NCBI GenBank assembly: GCA_963796685.1
Contig: CAWCMR010000015.1
Span: forward strand, 1 to 64,000
Length of the DNA stretch: 64,000 bases
Direction of reading: 5' to 3'
Origin: an uncultured delta proteobacterium
GTDB taxonomy: Bacteria > Myxococcota_A > Polyangia > Fen-1088
How positions within the stretch are numbered: position 1 is the first letter of the stretch; each line of letters begins with the position of its first letter. Positions 21,563 through 31,084 of the stretch are shown in pieces. The translations under genes were made by a program, and so were the position numbers. The notes under the pieces were generated by a model that had not been told where the DNA came from, did not search any database, and saw only the letters and a program-made list of their open reading frames with translations.

Positions 21563-22152
21563 TCATGACTCGGTAAGGCGCCACAGCTCGATGAGGCGAT
21601 CGGGCGAGGTGGCTTTGCGGATGGTCCATATGTTCATCATCACACAGTCGCGCCAATCGTTGATCCGCAGGTAGCCTGATCGGCGTTTGACAGCGAAGCC
21701 CTTGGTACGAAAATTCTGCTGCACTTCGTCGCTGACTGCCGGATGTCGGTGGTCGGCATCGAGGACATAAAGGCAGACCCAGACCACTGAGGGTCTCAAG
21801 ACGCGGCCTATGGAGTAGCGATACTCGGTGCCTGGGCCGTACGAGGCGACCAAGAGCCGGCGTGAATCGCGCTTGGGGTGGACGGCCCAGCAAGGGTTGG
21901 CCAGTGCCCGGTATCCAGCGCTTGGGTGCTCCAAGAGAGCAGCGGCCAGAGCATAACGAACAGCGGTGCACCGATAGCGAGAGCCAAAGGGATGTTCCCT
22001 GCTGATCGCATAAGACTGCGAGTCACCGTGGCCCATTGGGGGGAGGGCGCGCCGGGATGGCTTTTGGAGTACACGGCCTGCCACGTCCACCAGGCGATAA
22101 TGGCGAACAGCACGACCAAGAGGATGACCACGACGCCCCCGTAACCGCTCAT
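21563..22152 (-). pseudogene. Membrane protein X, copy 2, with an internal out-of-frame deletion of about 315 nt
   Basis: Frame 1 reads ...LSWSTQALDTGHW and joins directly near 21900 to frame 2 NPCWAVHPKRDSRRLL...RLIELWRLTES. The middle ~105 codons present in copies 1 and 3 are missing. Confidence 0.8.
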
Positions 22153-22775
22153 CTTTGCTGCTCCGGACCTGCCGCCTCCCCCGGGTCTTCGCCGGCAAGG
22201 TCGCCCGTCTGGTCGCGTCTTGGTACCAACGCCGGCGTGTCGGCTCGTGCGGGTTGCGCGGTGGGCCTGTGCTCCCGCCTTCGGTCTGGTGATGACGTGG
22301 TCGTCGAGTCGAGCTGCGCAGCCAATTCCCGCTGCATCCAAGGCGGCACTTCGTCGGGACCATCGCAGTTGAGCCGGATCTGTTCGCCGACCAGGCTGAC
22401 ACAGTCGTTCGCAGTCATGGTTACGTCGCCTGCGCGGGCTTCAATCGTGGTCGAAGCCCCGGCCAGCTTCAGCTCTTCCTTGGCCCTGACCTCGAAGGTT
22501 CGACAATCGACCGCAACGCCGTTGGCCGCGACGATGTGAACGTCGGCGCTTTCGAAGACCAGCTTGGGGCCGTTCTCCGTAAGCACGACCGAGAGCTCGG
22601 TCGCGCCCTGCGGGCCGAGTATCTCCAATCGTTCCTGGCCGAGCGACAGGCTCAAACGCACGGTCCTTCCGGACCGGGGTGCAAGCAGGGCCGCGGTCGC
22701 AGCAGCCTGACCACCGGAGGGGACGATGGCGCCCTCCGCGGTCTTCGGGCCGATATCATCCGCAGGGTGTGCCAC
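22149..22775 (-). CDS. Mini-spike (gp5 C-terminal-like beta-strand) protein, copy 2
   Basis: Near-identical to 24834..25463 over the first ~155 aa, with a diverged tail. ATGA overlap with the next gene. Confidence 0.75.
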   Translation of the reverse strand: MAHPADDIGPKTAEGAIVPSGGQAAATAALLAPRSGRTVRLSLSLGQERLEILGPQGATELSVVLTENGPKLVFESADVHIVAANGVAVDCRTFEVRAKEELKLAGASTTIEARAGDVTMTANDCVSLVGEQIRLNCDGPDEVPPWMQRELAAQLDSTTTSSPDRRREHRPTAQPARADTPALVPRRDQTGDLAGEDPGEAAGPEQQR

Positions 22776-23093
22776 GTTGTCTCCTCTTCATCCGGACCAG
22801 CGCACGGAATGGCGGGTCTTCTCGTGTTGGGCTTCTGTCAAAGGCCGATCCAAGACCAGTTGTGCCTCCCACAAGCTTACCAGCCGCCCTTCCTCGGTAT
22901 CGATGACCACGGTCTTGAGGGCCGGCTGCAGCTCTTTGGCATCGCCGAAGGGCGGTGCCATGAACATGCGCGGGCGATCCTTGGGTAAGCTGACGATCAT
23001 GCGGTCCGTGTGCCGATGAAAGCCCTGCAGCAGGACGGATTCGTTGCCGGACAGGGTCGGGGCGCGTAGCGAAGGCGAGCTGCCGTGACAGAA
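22205..23093. repeat. ~890 bp direct duplication of 24893..25781
   Basis: Constant 2688-nt offset (22775/25463, 22788/25476). Identity ends abruptly after gccgtgacagaa at 23093/25781. Confidence 0.92.
22788..23093 (-). pseudogene. 3' fragment of the DUF2169 gene
   Basis: Matches the last ~100 codons of 25476..26687 (FCHGSSPSLRAP...TRHSVRWSG). No 5' part. Confidence 0.85.
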
Positions 23094-23102
23094 CTGCTGG
23101 CT

Positions 23103-23969
23103 TCATCTGTCTGCCTCCGGTGCAGGCAGCAGCGTCACGCAATCGCCGAGGCACCAAGACAGGCCCAAAAGCCCGGCCCGGGTTTGTACCTGGACGAAGG
23201 TGCCGATCGGCAGCTTACAGTAGGAGGTCCAAGAAACATCCACGGACACGGAGCGTCCGGAGTCCAGCTTGGCGTTCACGGAATAGGAATTCCAGCCATT
23301 GGTGTAGTTGTAGACTTTAGCCGATCTGCCCACCACCTTGCCGTTGTCTAGGCTTGGCGAGCGCAGCAGGCCAGGCGCGGTGTTTAGCAGGCGCACGGCG
23401 ATGGCCATGCACGGGATGAGGAGTAGCGTCGGCAATAGCATCATGAATATTCGATCATAAGGCCGGTCGATGCGCTTGAGCACACGGCGTGTATACGAAA
23501 GGTGGATGCCCACGGCTCCGGCCGCCGACACCCCAAGGACGAGTTCCCAGAAACGACCCGGTGTGAGCACTTGGATGTAGCGGGCGACCGGGAAGTACGC
23601 AAGCAGGGCCACGAGTCCGAAAATGACCCGCATGGAATAGTAGCGATTGTCGGACTGCTTGGCTTGATCTGCTCCTGGATTTTCGCTCATTGTGGTCTCG
23701 ATGTCGCCGTCGGAGTCTGTCGTGACATCTTGCAGCACAGAACCGGTTTTCTTCCGTCTCCAACCACGGAGCCAGTCGACGATAGCGAACCCAGTAATGA
23801 GGAGTGCACCCCATGTGAAAAGGGCAGCGACCAAATCGGTGATCCCGTAAACAATGCGCAGGCTGGGGTCGTGAACATGGTAGAGAGCGCGGTCGATCCA
23901 CCACAACAGCGGGGTGGCCAATACGAATACGTACTTATTGAGTCTCGTCATGCTCTGGCCTTGCGCCAC
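23103..23969 (-). CDS. Multi-TM membrane protein Y, possible immunity protein
   Basis: About 5 hydrophobic helices and a beta-rich C-terminus ending AGLLGLSW. Lower GC than core genes. Lies within the vgrG operon. Confidence 0.65.
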   Translation of the reverse strand: MAQGQSMTRLNKYVFVLATPLLWWIDRALYHVHDPSLRIVYGITDLVAALFTWGALLITGFAIVDWLRGWRRKKTGSVLQDVTTDSDGDIETTMSENPGADQAKQSDNRYYSMRVIFGLVALLAYFPVARYIQVLTPGRFWELVLGVSAAGAVGIHLSYTRRVLKRIDRPYDRIFMMLLPTLLLIPCMAIAVRLLNTAPGLLRSPSLDNGKVVGRSAKVYNYTNGWNSYSVNAKLDSGRSVSVDVSWTSYCKLPIGTFVQVQTRAGLLGLSWCLGDCVTLLPAPEADR

Positions 23970-23980
23970 TGAGTGTCACC

Positions 23981-24841
23981 CTAGAAGGGGGGCTCGGTGA
24001 GGCGCCACAGCTCGATGAGCCGAGCCGGCGCGGTAGCCTTGCGGATTGTCCATACGTTCGTAGGAATGCAATAGCGTTGATCGCTGATCCGCACGAAGCC
24101 CGCGCAGCGCTTGACATCGAAGCCCTTGGCGCGAAGGTTCTGCTGCGCTTCATCGGAGATCCCAGGCGTTCCGTGCTCAATATCGCATGCATAGAGGCAG
24201 ACCCAAATTACCGCAGAGCGATAGTAATTGGAATGCTTGGCCTCTGGCCCGTAGGATGTAACCAAGAGCCGACGTGAATCGCGCTTGGGGTGGACAGCCC
24301 AGCAAGGGTTGAGGATAAGCAACCAATCCTTTTCGATAGGGTCACCCCCTCTCGCATTGTCGACTGCCGTGACGATACTGAAGCCAGAGTGGGTGGTCAA
24401 CCAATTTGCCACTTCGCGACTTGCGCGTCTTATGAACGTGAGATCGAACTCGCCGGCAACCCGCTGGAGCGAATTTCTGATGGTCCGAAGCTGCAGGAGC
24501 AGAAGGCTAAGAACCACTCCCGACAGGGCGAGGTAAAGAGCACCGAGCGCATAGAGGTTCCAAGGCCGAAACCGCCGGCCGACCGTCAGTCGTTGCCAAG
24601 GGGAGATCTTGGGCAGTAGAGGCGTCAGATGTCCGGTTGCCAGTGCATGGGTAATCCACGCAAGGAAGAGCCACAGTACAAGAAGTAGCCCTGAGCCGAT
24701 AAAGAAAGCTTGGAGGATTTGCCATGTCAGTCCAGGCGTATCTACAAACTGCGTTGGGTGCCTAATCCGACGCCCCAGCCAAACAAGAGCCGGGGAAATG
24801 CAAACGAACAGGAGAGCAAACGCCACCCAGTTACTATTCAT
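23981..24841 (-). CDS. Membrane protein X, copy 1 (intact), possible immunity protein
   Basis: 286 aa with three N-terminal TM helices and a soluble C-terminal domain. Start overlaps the upstream stop. Confidence 0.75.
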   Translation of the reverse strand: MNSNWVAFALLFVCISPALVWLGRRIRHPTQFVDTPGLTWQILQAFFIGSGLLLVLWLFLAWITHALATGHLTPLLPKISPWQRLTVGRRFRPWNLYALGALYLALSGVVLSLLLLQLRTIRNSLQRVAGEFDLTFIRRASREVANWLTTHSGFSIVTAVDNARGGDPIEKDWLLILNPCWAVHPKRDSRRLLVTSYGPEAKHSNYYRSAVIWVCLYACDIEHGTPGISDEAQQNLRAKGFDVKRCAGFVRISDQRYCIPTNVWTIRKATAPARLIELWRLTEPPF

Positions 24842-25463
24842 CTTCGCGTCTCTGGAGAAGTTGCCTCGTACGCTCCTTCTCGGACGGGTTACAGGTCTGA
24901 TCGCGCCTTGGTATCAGCGCCGGGTTGTCGACTCGTGCGGGTTGCGCGGTCGGGTTGCGCTCCCATCTCGGGCCTGGCAACGAGAAGGTGGTCGAGTCGA
25001 GCTGCGCACTCGATTCCCGCTGCATCCAAGGCGGGACTTGGTCGGGACCATCACAGTTGAGCCGGATCTGTTCGCCGACCAGGCTGACACAGTCGTTCGC
25101 AGTCATGGTTACGTCGCCTGCGCGGGCTTCGATTGTGGTCGAAGCCCCGGCCAGCTTCAGCTCTTCCTTGGCCCTGACCTCGAAGGTTCGACAATCGACC
25201 GCAACGCCGTTCGCCGCGACGATGTGAACGTCGGCGCTTTCGAAGACGAGCCTGGGGCCGTTCTCCGTAAGCACGACCGAGAGCTCGGTCGCGCCCTGCG
25301 GGCCGAGGATCTCCAAGCGCTCCTGGCCGAGCGACAGACTCAAACGCACGGTCCTTCCGGACCGGGGTGCAAGCAGGGCTCCGGTCGTTGCAGACTGACC
25401 GCCGGAGGGGACGATGGCGCCCTCCGCGGCCTTCGGGCCGATATCATCCACAGGGTGTGCCAC
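24834..25463 (-). CDS. Mini-spike (gp5 C-terminal-like) protein, copy 1
   Basis: Alternating beta-strand pattern ending ANDCVSLVGEQIRLNC, resembling the VgrG C-terminus (GEAIKLNG). Confidence 0.7.
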   Translation of the reverse strand: MAHPVDDIGPKAAEGAIVPSGGQSATTGALLAPRSGRTVRLSLSLGQERLEILGPQGATELSVVLTENGPRLVFESADVHIVAANGVAVDCRTFEVRAKEELKLAGASTTIEARAGDVTMTANDCVSLVGEQIRLNCDGPDQVPPWMQRESSAQLDSTTFSLPGPRWERNPTAQPARVDNPALIPRRDQTCNPSEKERTRQLLQRREDE

Positions 25464-25475
25464 GTTGTCTCCTCT

Positions 25476-26687
25476 TCATCCGGACCAGCGCACGGAATGG
25501 CGGGTCTTCTCGTGTTGCGCTTCTGTCAAAGGCCGATCCAAGACCAGTTGTGCCTCCCACAAGCTTACCAGCCGCCCTTCCTGGGTATCGATGACCACAG
25601 TCTTGAGGGCCGGCTGCAGCTCTTTGGCGTCGCCGAAGGGCGGTGCCATGAACATGCGCGGGCGCTCCTTGGGTAAGCTGACGATCATGCGGTCCGTGTG
25701 CTGATGAAAGCCCTGCAGCAGGACGGATTCGTTGCCGGACAGGGTCGGGGCGCGTAGCGAAGGCGAGCTGCCGTGACAGAATTGCCCGATGTTCTCTGGA
25801 GTGAGTACGGGCAGGAGCTGATCCTTGGGAAGGTCGACCAGCTCGAGCGGGAGAATGCCGGCGCGAATCTCGGGGATGTCCGAGGGCTTGCCACGGATCG
25901 CGGGGGTTCCCCCCAGGAAGCCGCTGCGCGGAAACCAAGAGCCTGAAATCCAGTCGAAAGCCACAGGGATGGGCGCCAAATACCAGTTCGTCGGGTCACG
26001 CAAACACAGGCGCTCCGGAGTGAGAAGATCGTCCGGGTTTTCGAGGTTTGGCAGTCGCAAGTGCTCGAATGCCTCTTGGTTGGGATAGATCAGGTATCCG
26101 GTTCCGGCAGGATTTCTCGGGTAGTCGTACATAGAGACCGGCTCTTCGTCGGTGCTGGAAATCTTCTTCAGGAAGGGAAGCAAAGAATCCGGATGCGTGT
26201 CCTTCGCCCAAGTATCGCAGCCGCCGTAGGCCCGATCGTAGGACACGTCCATCGATTCGAATGGCTCCGGCGGGCTGAAGCGGAGTTGACCATTGGACAG
26301 AACCTGAACCTTCCTGTCACCGAAGACCTGGATCTTGCGCATTCGCCGGCGAGCCTCTTCGCCGGTCGTGAAGCTTGTCAGGATGGCCACGCTGACCTCG
26401 GTCATGGGGCGCGGTCGGCCGATGACATGCGCCTTGCCCTGGACGACCACATCGGTACCAGGCTTGGCATTGCACATGGCGTCGGATTCGGTCCGTGGTG
26501 GAGCGGCGCCACCCTGGCCCTTCCTGTCGTAGGTCAGCTCGTCGAATTGCAGAGGAACTTGCATGTCTGCGACCCTGCACTGTCCTGTGGGAAGGATGTC
26601 GTACGTCCGCTTGCCCAGGATGTGGAGAACGTCCCCGCCTGACGCACCCTTGGTGACACAGAACATGGAAAGCAATGGGTCCGACAT
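25476..26687 (-). CDS. DUF2169 T6SS adaptor
   Basis: ESD..KPGTDVVVQGKAH, VFGDR, YDRAYGG, YPRNPAGTG, LPNLENP, LKTVVID. Confidence 0.88.
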   Translation of the reverse strand: MSDPLLSMFCVTKGASGGDVLHILGKRTYDILPTGQCRVADMQVPLQFDELTYDRKGQGGAAPPRTESDAMCNAKPGTDVVVQGKAHVIGRPRPMTEVSVAILTSFTTGEEARRRMRKIQVFGDRKVQVLSNGQLRFSPPEPFESMDVSYDRAYGGCDTWAKDTHPDSLLPFLKKISSTDEEPVSMYDYPRNPAGTGYLIYPNQEAFEHLRLPNLENPDDLLTPERLCLRDPTNWYLAPIPVAFDWISGSWFPRSGFLGGTPAIRGKPSDIPEIRAGILPLELVDLPKDQLLPVLTPENIGQFCHGSSPSLRAPTLSGNESVLLQGFHQHTDRMIVSLPKERPRMFMAPPFGDAKELQPALKTVVIDTQEGRLVSLWEAQLVLDRPLTEAQHEKTRHSVRWSG

Positions 26688-26691
26688 ATCC

Positions 26692-27699
26692 TCACTCTCG
26701 CTCGGGACCGATCGCGCCACCGCCTTCGCTGCCCTTCGCCCCCTCGCCCCCCTCACTGCTCTCTTTGGCCTCCTCGCCGAAAAGACGCTCGGTTCCGGAC
26801 TCAATTCCCGGCTCGATCAGTGCGCCTTTCGCCTTTTCCTTTGCCTGATCCTTCGCCGTGTCGACGACTTTTTCGCTCAGCTTCTCGCCGATGAACTTTT
26901 CGGTGAGCTTCTCGGACTTGGCTTTGAAACCGTTCGATACTTCAAAGCCAAGACGACCCTCGGCGAGCTTCACCACCTGAGGCATGGCCCGTTTGACGGT
27001 CTTCTGGGCAACGGCGCGGACTATTGGTTTGAGGGCAGTTCGGAGGACCTTCTCCACTGCTTCTTCTGCCTTCTCGATGGCCTCCCCGACACCTTTCAAC
27101 TTCGCCACCCTCGAAAACACGCAGTCGAGAAGCTTCGACAGGAGCAACTCAGCGAGCACCTCACCGATGTTTCCGGCGATGTCCGCCCAGGACATCCCCG
27201 CAAAGACGGTGTTCGGCGTCTGAAGGGTGAGTAGGCTTGGAAGCGCTGTCGGTTCGGAGCAAACGGTGAAATTGGCACTTCCGACGCACATTCCTGGCAC
27301 CGGAACAAAGATGACTGCGGGATTTCCCTTCTTATCGCCGAAACCCGCCTTGATCGAGTAGGGCCCCCACACGGTCTTGGCCTGCCCTAACAAGATCACG
27401 AGCGCGATGAGCCCGAGGTCGACGACTGGCGGAACGGCAGATGGCAGTGGCGGAGTTCCGGTCGTAAAGTGCGGCCGAAAATGCTTGCTGTCATGTCCGC
27501 GCTTGATCAGCCCCCCTGCTTGGGCACTCACCGTAGGAGAGGGGCTATCGCCAGCGGGTATGTAGATGGGGCCGAGCGATATGCAGATCTCTTCGGGATT
27601 GGGCATGACAATGCCCATGGGAGAAATGCCTAGGCAGGTATGTTTCTCCACCCCCACAATCAGGCACAGCGGCTTCATTAACTGGCATGGCATCGGCAT
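26692..27699 (-). CDS. Putative divergent PAAR-like tip/effector protein with helical C-terminal extension
   Basis: Pro/Cys/His-rich N-terminus (GVEKH, RGHD..FRPH, CSEP, NTVFAGM), a hydrophobic segment and a Lys/Glu-rich helical tail. Sits between two DUF2169 genes. Confidence 0.55.
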   Translation of the reverse strand: MPMPCQLMKPLCLIVGVEKHTCLGISPMGIVMPNPEEICISLGPIYIPAGDSPSPTVSAQAGGLIKRGHDSKHFRPHFTTGTPPLPSAVPPVVDLGLIALVILLGQAKTVWGPYSIKAGFGDKKGNPAVIFVPVPGMCVGSANFTVCSEPTALPSLLTLQTPNTVFAGMSWADIAGNIGEVLAELLLSKLLDCVFSRVAKLKGVGEAIEKAEEAVEKVLRTALKPIVRAVAQKTVKRAMPQVVKLAEGRLGFEVSNGFKAKSEKLTEKFIGEKLSEKVVDTAKDQAKEKAKGALIEPGIESGTERLFGEEAKESSEGGEGAKGSEGGGAIGPERE

Positions 27700-27732
27700 G
27701 GTATTGGCGTCTCCCGTATCGTCAGGCGTGAT

Positions 27733-28713
27733 TCATTCCATTCCCAACACGGCGGTCCGGTCCTCTCCCTTGCGCAAGCTGTACTTGAAGCGGGCAATCC
27801 AGGTGATGACCACGAGTCGTTTGGGTACGATGACCCAGATGCCCGACATCCCGAGCACTCGCCGACCGAGTCGGTTGCCGACCCGGTCGCGTACCACGGC
27901 GGAAAGCGCTGGAACACGGAAATCAATTTTCTCGGGGCCGAGATCGAGCTGAACGGGATCGCCGGGGCGCATCTCTTCGAGCAGCATGGGCGGCGAGGCT
28001 GCCGATTGGTGGAGGGTGCGGGCTTTCTTCGCGATCTCCTCCTCTTCGAGAGGCTTCTTCGAGTCCCGCGTACGCCGCCAGATCCACTGTGCCATTTGCC
28101 ACGACTGCGACGAGCCCGCGATGGGTCCCCAGGTCGCAACCATTGGCTGGTCGCTCCAGCTTCGGATCAGGCAGTCCGGGCGCTCGATGTTAGGAAGGGG
28201 CGTGCCGACTGCTTGCTCTGCGGTGAGATGGAAACCTTTGCCCTCGGGATTCAGGGGATGTGGGAATGCCATGCCTTCGTATTCCGTGATTCCTCCGAAG
28301 GCATTTTTCAGACCAAGATCCATTTCCACGAAGGGCTCGGGGCCGCTGGCGACCAGATCCGATCCGCGCTTGATCCAGCGGCGGTTGCCGACGACGATGA
28401 TGCGGCTCGCAAAGGCGCCGACGGTCAGCTTGAGCTCCATGTGCGGCACTGGCCGACGCGGCCTGGCGCTCCCCACGACGACCAACTCGGCCTGGGAGCG
28501 GAACGGGTAATCGTCTGCCGGGAATACGCCGAGCTGAGTCTTGAGCGGTTCGCTAAACACCGGCCACTGATCTGCGGACGGAGCAAGCTCGCCTCCGCCA
28601 CCCGCGGGCAAGGCGTAGGTTCTCCGGGCGACCACCCAGCCCCCGTTGACATACTCCGACAGCGCCCCGGTGAAGAGACGGGCCTGCAGGTCAGTGTTGT
28701 TGATGAGCTTCAT
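27733..28713 (-). CDS. DUF2169 T6SS adaptor
   Basis: MKLINNT, VVGNRRW, NAFGG, LNPEGKGF, LPNIERP. Directly downstream of vgrG. Confidence 0.85.
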   Translation of the reverse strand: MKLINNTDLQARLFTGALSEYVNGGWVVARRTYALPAGGGGELAPSADQWPVFSEPLKTQLGVFPADDYPFRSQAELVVVGSARPRRPVPHMELKLTVGAFASRIIVVGNRRWIKRGSDLVASGPEPFVEMDLGLKNAFGGITEYEGMAFPHPLNPEGKGFHLTAEQAVGTPLPNIERPDCLIRSWSDQPMVATWGPIAGSSQSWQMAQWIWRRTRDSKKPLEEEEIAKKARTLHQSAASPPMLLEEMRPGDPVQLDLGPEKIDFRVPALSAVVRDRVGNRLGRRVLGMSGIWVIVPKRLVVITWIARFKYSLRKGEDRTAVLGME

Positions 28714-28755
28714 GTCCGCAGGCCGGGGCCACGAATCCTTGGTACGTCGGGTGCT

Positions 28756-30897
28756 TCAGCCATTGAGCTTGATCGCCTCACCTGTGACGGCAACGCCGCC
28801 GCTGTCCGCGACCACCTTGCCGCCGCCGTCCACAGTGACCGTGGTTCCCTTGATCTCGACCTTGCCATCCTTGCTCAAGGCGATGCTCGCCCCTCCGCAC
28901 TTCAAGATGATGCTATCCTCAGCCGTGATCGTGGCCGCGCTGCCGTTGAACTCGATGGTGCATTTCTTGTTCGTGGCGCTGACGATGCCGGTGGTGAGTG
29001 AGATGAGATTGTCGTCTCCCTGTTGGGCTTGATAGAGGCTCTTCGCGTAGATGGTGTAATTGCCGTCCACCTCGACGTCCTTGTCGGAGCCTTGCACGCT
29101 CAGTGTGTCGCCCTTTTCTACGATTTCCAGCCTGCCCGCATGGTAGGTGCCTTTGTGCGCTCCGGTGATCTCGTCAGAATTCTTTCCGCCCACCGTCATG
29201 GTGCGATCGGCTTGGAATTTCTGCGTTTCCTCCTTGGTGATGGTGGTGGTCTGCTTCCCGTGAACCGTCACGGTGCGGTCGCCACCGACGTCGGTCGATT
29301 GACTGCCCTCCACCTCCGTGCTCATGGTCCGTTCGGCGTGGATGTGCAGCTCTTCCTTGCCCTTCAGATCCTCGAAGCGGATCTCGTTGAAGTTCTTGTC
29401 GCTCCCGCCTTTGCTGCTGCGACTCTTGATGCCGCTTTGGGTGCGGTTGTCCGGCAGCGTGTAGGGCGGCATGTTGTCCATGTTGTAGACGCGGCCGGTG
29501 ATGATGGGCCGGTCGGGATCGCCGTCGAGGAACTCCACGATGACCTCTTGGCCGATGCGCGGGATGTGGATGGCGCCCCACTGCTTGCCCGCCCACACCT
29601 GGGCCACGCGCACCCAGCACGAAGATTCCTCGTCGCGATTGCCCAGTCGATCCCAGTCGAACTGAACCTTCACGCGACCGAATTTGTCGGTGTAGATTTC
29701 TTCCGTCGAGGGGCCGACGACCATGGCAGTCTGCGGGCCTTCGATCCGGGGCTTGACGGCGGTCCGTTGCGGTCGGAACTGGGTCTGGCTATCCAGCAAG
29801 GTGTAGGTGGCTTTGAAAGGCTCGTCCGAGGTCACGGTGTCGCCGGTCTCGGATTGATTGATGCTGATGGAATAGGTGGCCGAGGTGATGATGTATTCCT
29901 TGTCGAAATCGGCGGCGTTCCAGAAAGGATTGAAGTCGGCGCCGATGGATGCCGGTCTTCTGAGCGTGACCAGATCGCCGACGCCCAGTCCCATGGTGTT
30001 TCCCTCGACCTCGATGATGGTGTTTGCGACCAGGTCCGTTTGCATGCTCACCAAGGCCTCTTCCTTGGCCTCTGCCTCCTCGGAAAGGCCACCCGGATAG
30101 TCGTAGCTCTCGAAGTCCGCCCCTGGCAGCTGCTCTTGCGAGCTCTTCTTGCCGAACTGGACCTGCTGGGGTCTGACCTTGGTGTAGTCGTAGCCTCGCA
30201 CCACCGTGTAGTCGCCCGGGTAGAGCGAGCCGGCCACGCTCAGAGACCAGAAGTGCTCCTCTTCCCGGTTCATCTTGTGCTCCTTGGGTACGTACATGAC
30301 GGATTCGTAACCAGGAACCTTGGCGTGGGCGGTGATCGAGTCGGCGAGGACCAGGATCTGCTTGGCGTCCTCGTGCTTGAAGAAATAGTAGATCCCCTCC
30401 TCCTCAAGCAAACGCTGGACGAAATTGAGGTCGGTCTCGCGGTATTGCAGGCAATATTCGCGCTTGCGATAGACGTGATCCTTGATCGAGCCGGACTCGA
30501 CGTCCGTATACCCGCGCTGGGCGAGACAAACGGTGACGATGCTGAGCGCGGTCTGACCCTCTTCGTTGATGACTCGGCAGTCGCGGGCATAGTCGAAGAG
30601 CGCCAGATTGGGGTTCAGAACCAGAGCATAGCGCGCATGGTCCATCGCGAAACCGGTTTTGGCGAAGTAGGTGACGATGCCCTGGAAATAGCGATAGCGG
30701 CCCGGCTGGAGCGTGAGGCGGACGGCGAGCGGCTGACCGAGGACCTCGCCCACCGGGATGTTGGGGTCGTCGGAAAGCACGGTGAGGTCATAGCGGTAGG
30801 GGATCCCGAGAGTCTCTTTGCCTTGAAAGGTCTCGAGCAGAAGCGGACCTGCGGCGACGGGGCCGATGATCAGCGTGTCGCGTCCAAGCAGCGGCAT
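28756..30897 (-). CDS. vgrG: VgrG/TssI spike protein, copy 1
   Basis: REYCLQYRETDLNFVQRLLEEEGIYYFF, GPQTA, DKFGRVKVQFDWDR, SCWVRVAQ, IPRIGQEV, NEIRFED. Confidence 0.96.
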   Translation of the reverse strand: MPLLGRDTLIIGPVAAGPLLLETFQGKETLGIPYRYDLTVLSDDPNIPVGEVLGQPLAVRLTLQPGRYRYFQGIVTYFAKTGFAMDHARYALVLNPNLALFDYARDCRVINEEGQTALSIVTVCLAQRGYTDVESGSIKDHVYRKREYCLQYRETDLNFVQRLLEEEGIYYFFKHEDAKQILVLADSITAHAKVPGYESVMYVPKEHKMNREEEHFWSLSVAGSLYPGDYTVVRGYDYTKVRPQQVQFGKKSSQEQLPGADFESYDYPGGLSEEAEAKEEALVSMQTDLVANTIIEVEGNTMGLGVGDLVTLRRPASIGADFNPFWNAADFDKEYIITSATYSISINQSETGDTVTSDEPFKATYTLLDSQTQFRPQRTAVKPRIEGPQTAMVVGPSTEEIYTDKFGRVKVQFDWDRLGNRDEESSCWVRVAQVWAGKQWGAIHIPRIGQEVIVEFLDGDPDRPIITGRVYNMDNMPPYTLPDNRTQSGIKSRSSKGGSDKNFNEIRFEDLKGKEELHIHAERTMSTEVEGSQSTDVGGDRTVTVHGKQTTTITKEETQKFQADRTMTVGGKNSDEITGAHKGTYHAGRLEIVEKGDTLSVQGSDKDVEVDGNYTIYAKSLYQAQQGDDNLISLTTGIVSATNKKCTIEFNGSAATITAEDSIILKCGGASIALSKDGKVEIKGTTVTVDGGGKVVADSGGVAVTGEAIKLNG

Positions 30898-31084
30898 GGG
30901 GGCGTCCTTGGGTTGGGGGTCAAGACAGTTCACGTCGTGGGGTTTGGTGAGTCAAAACCTAGTCCATTTTGTGCGGGCTGGTATAGAAAAGTGGTGCCAG
31001 CGTGAAACCGGCCAAGGCATCATGCTAGGCTCTGGCCGCCGTGCGATGTGAGAGCTTGAAAACCACCAACCACAGGATGAGCTC

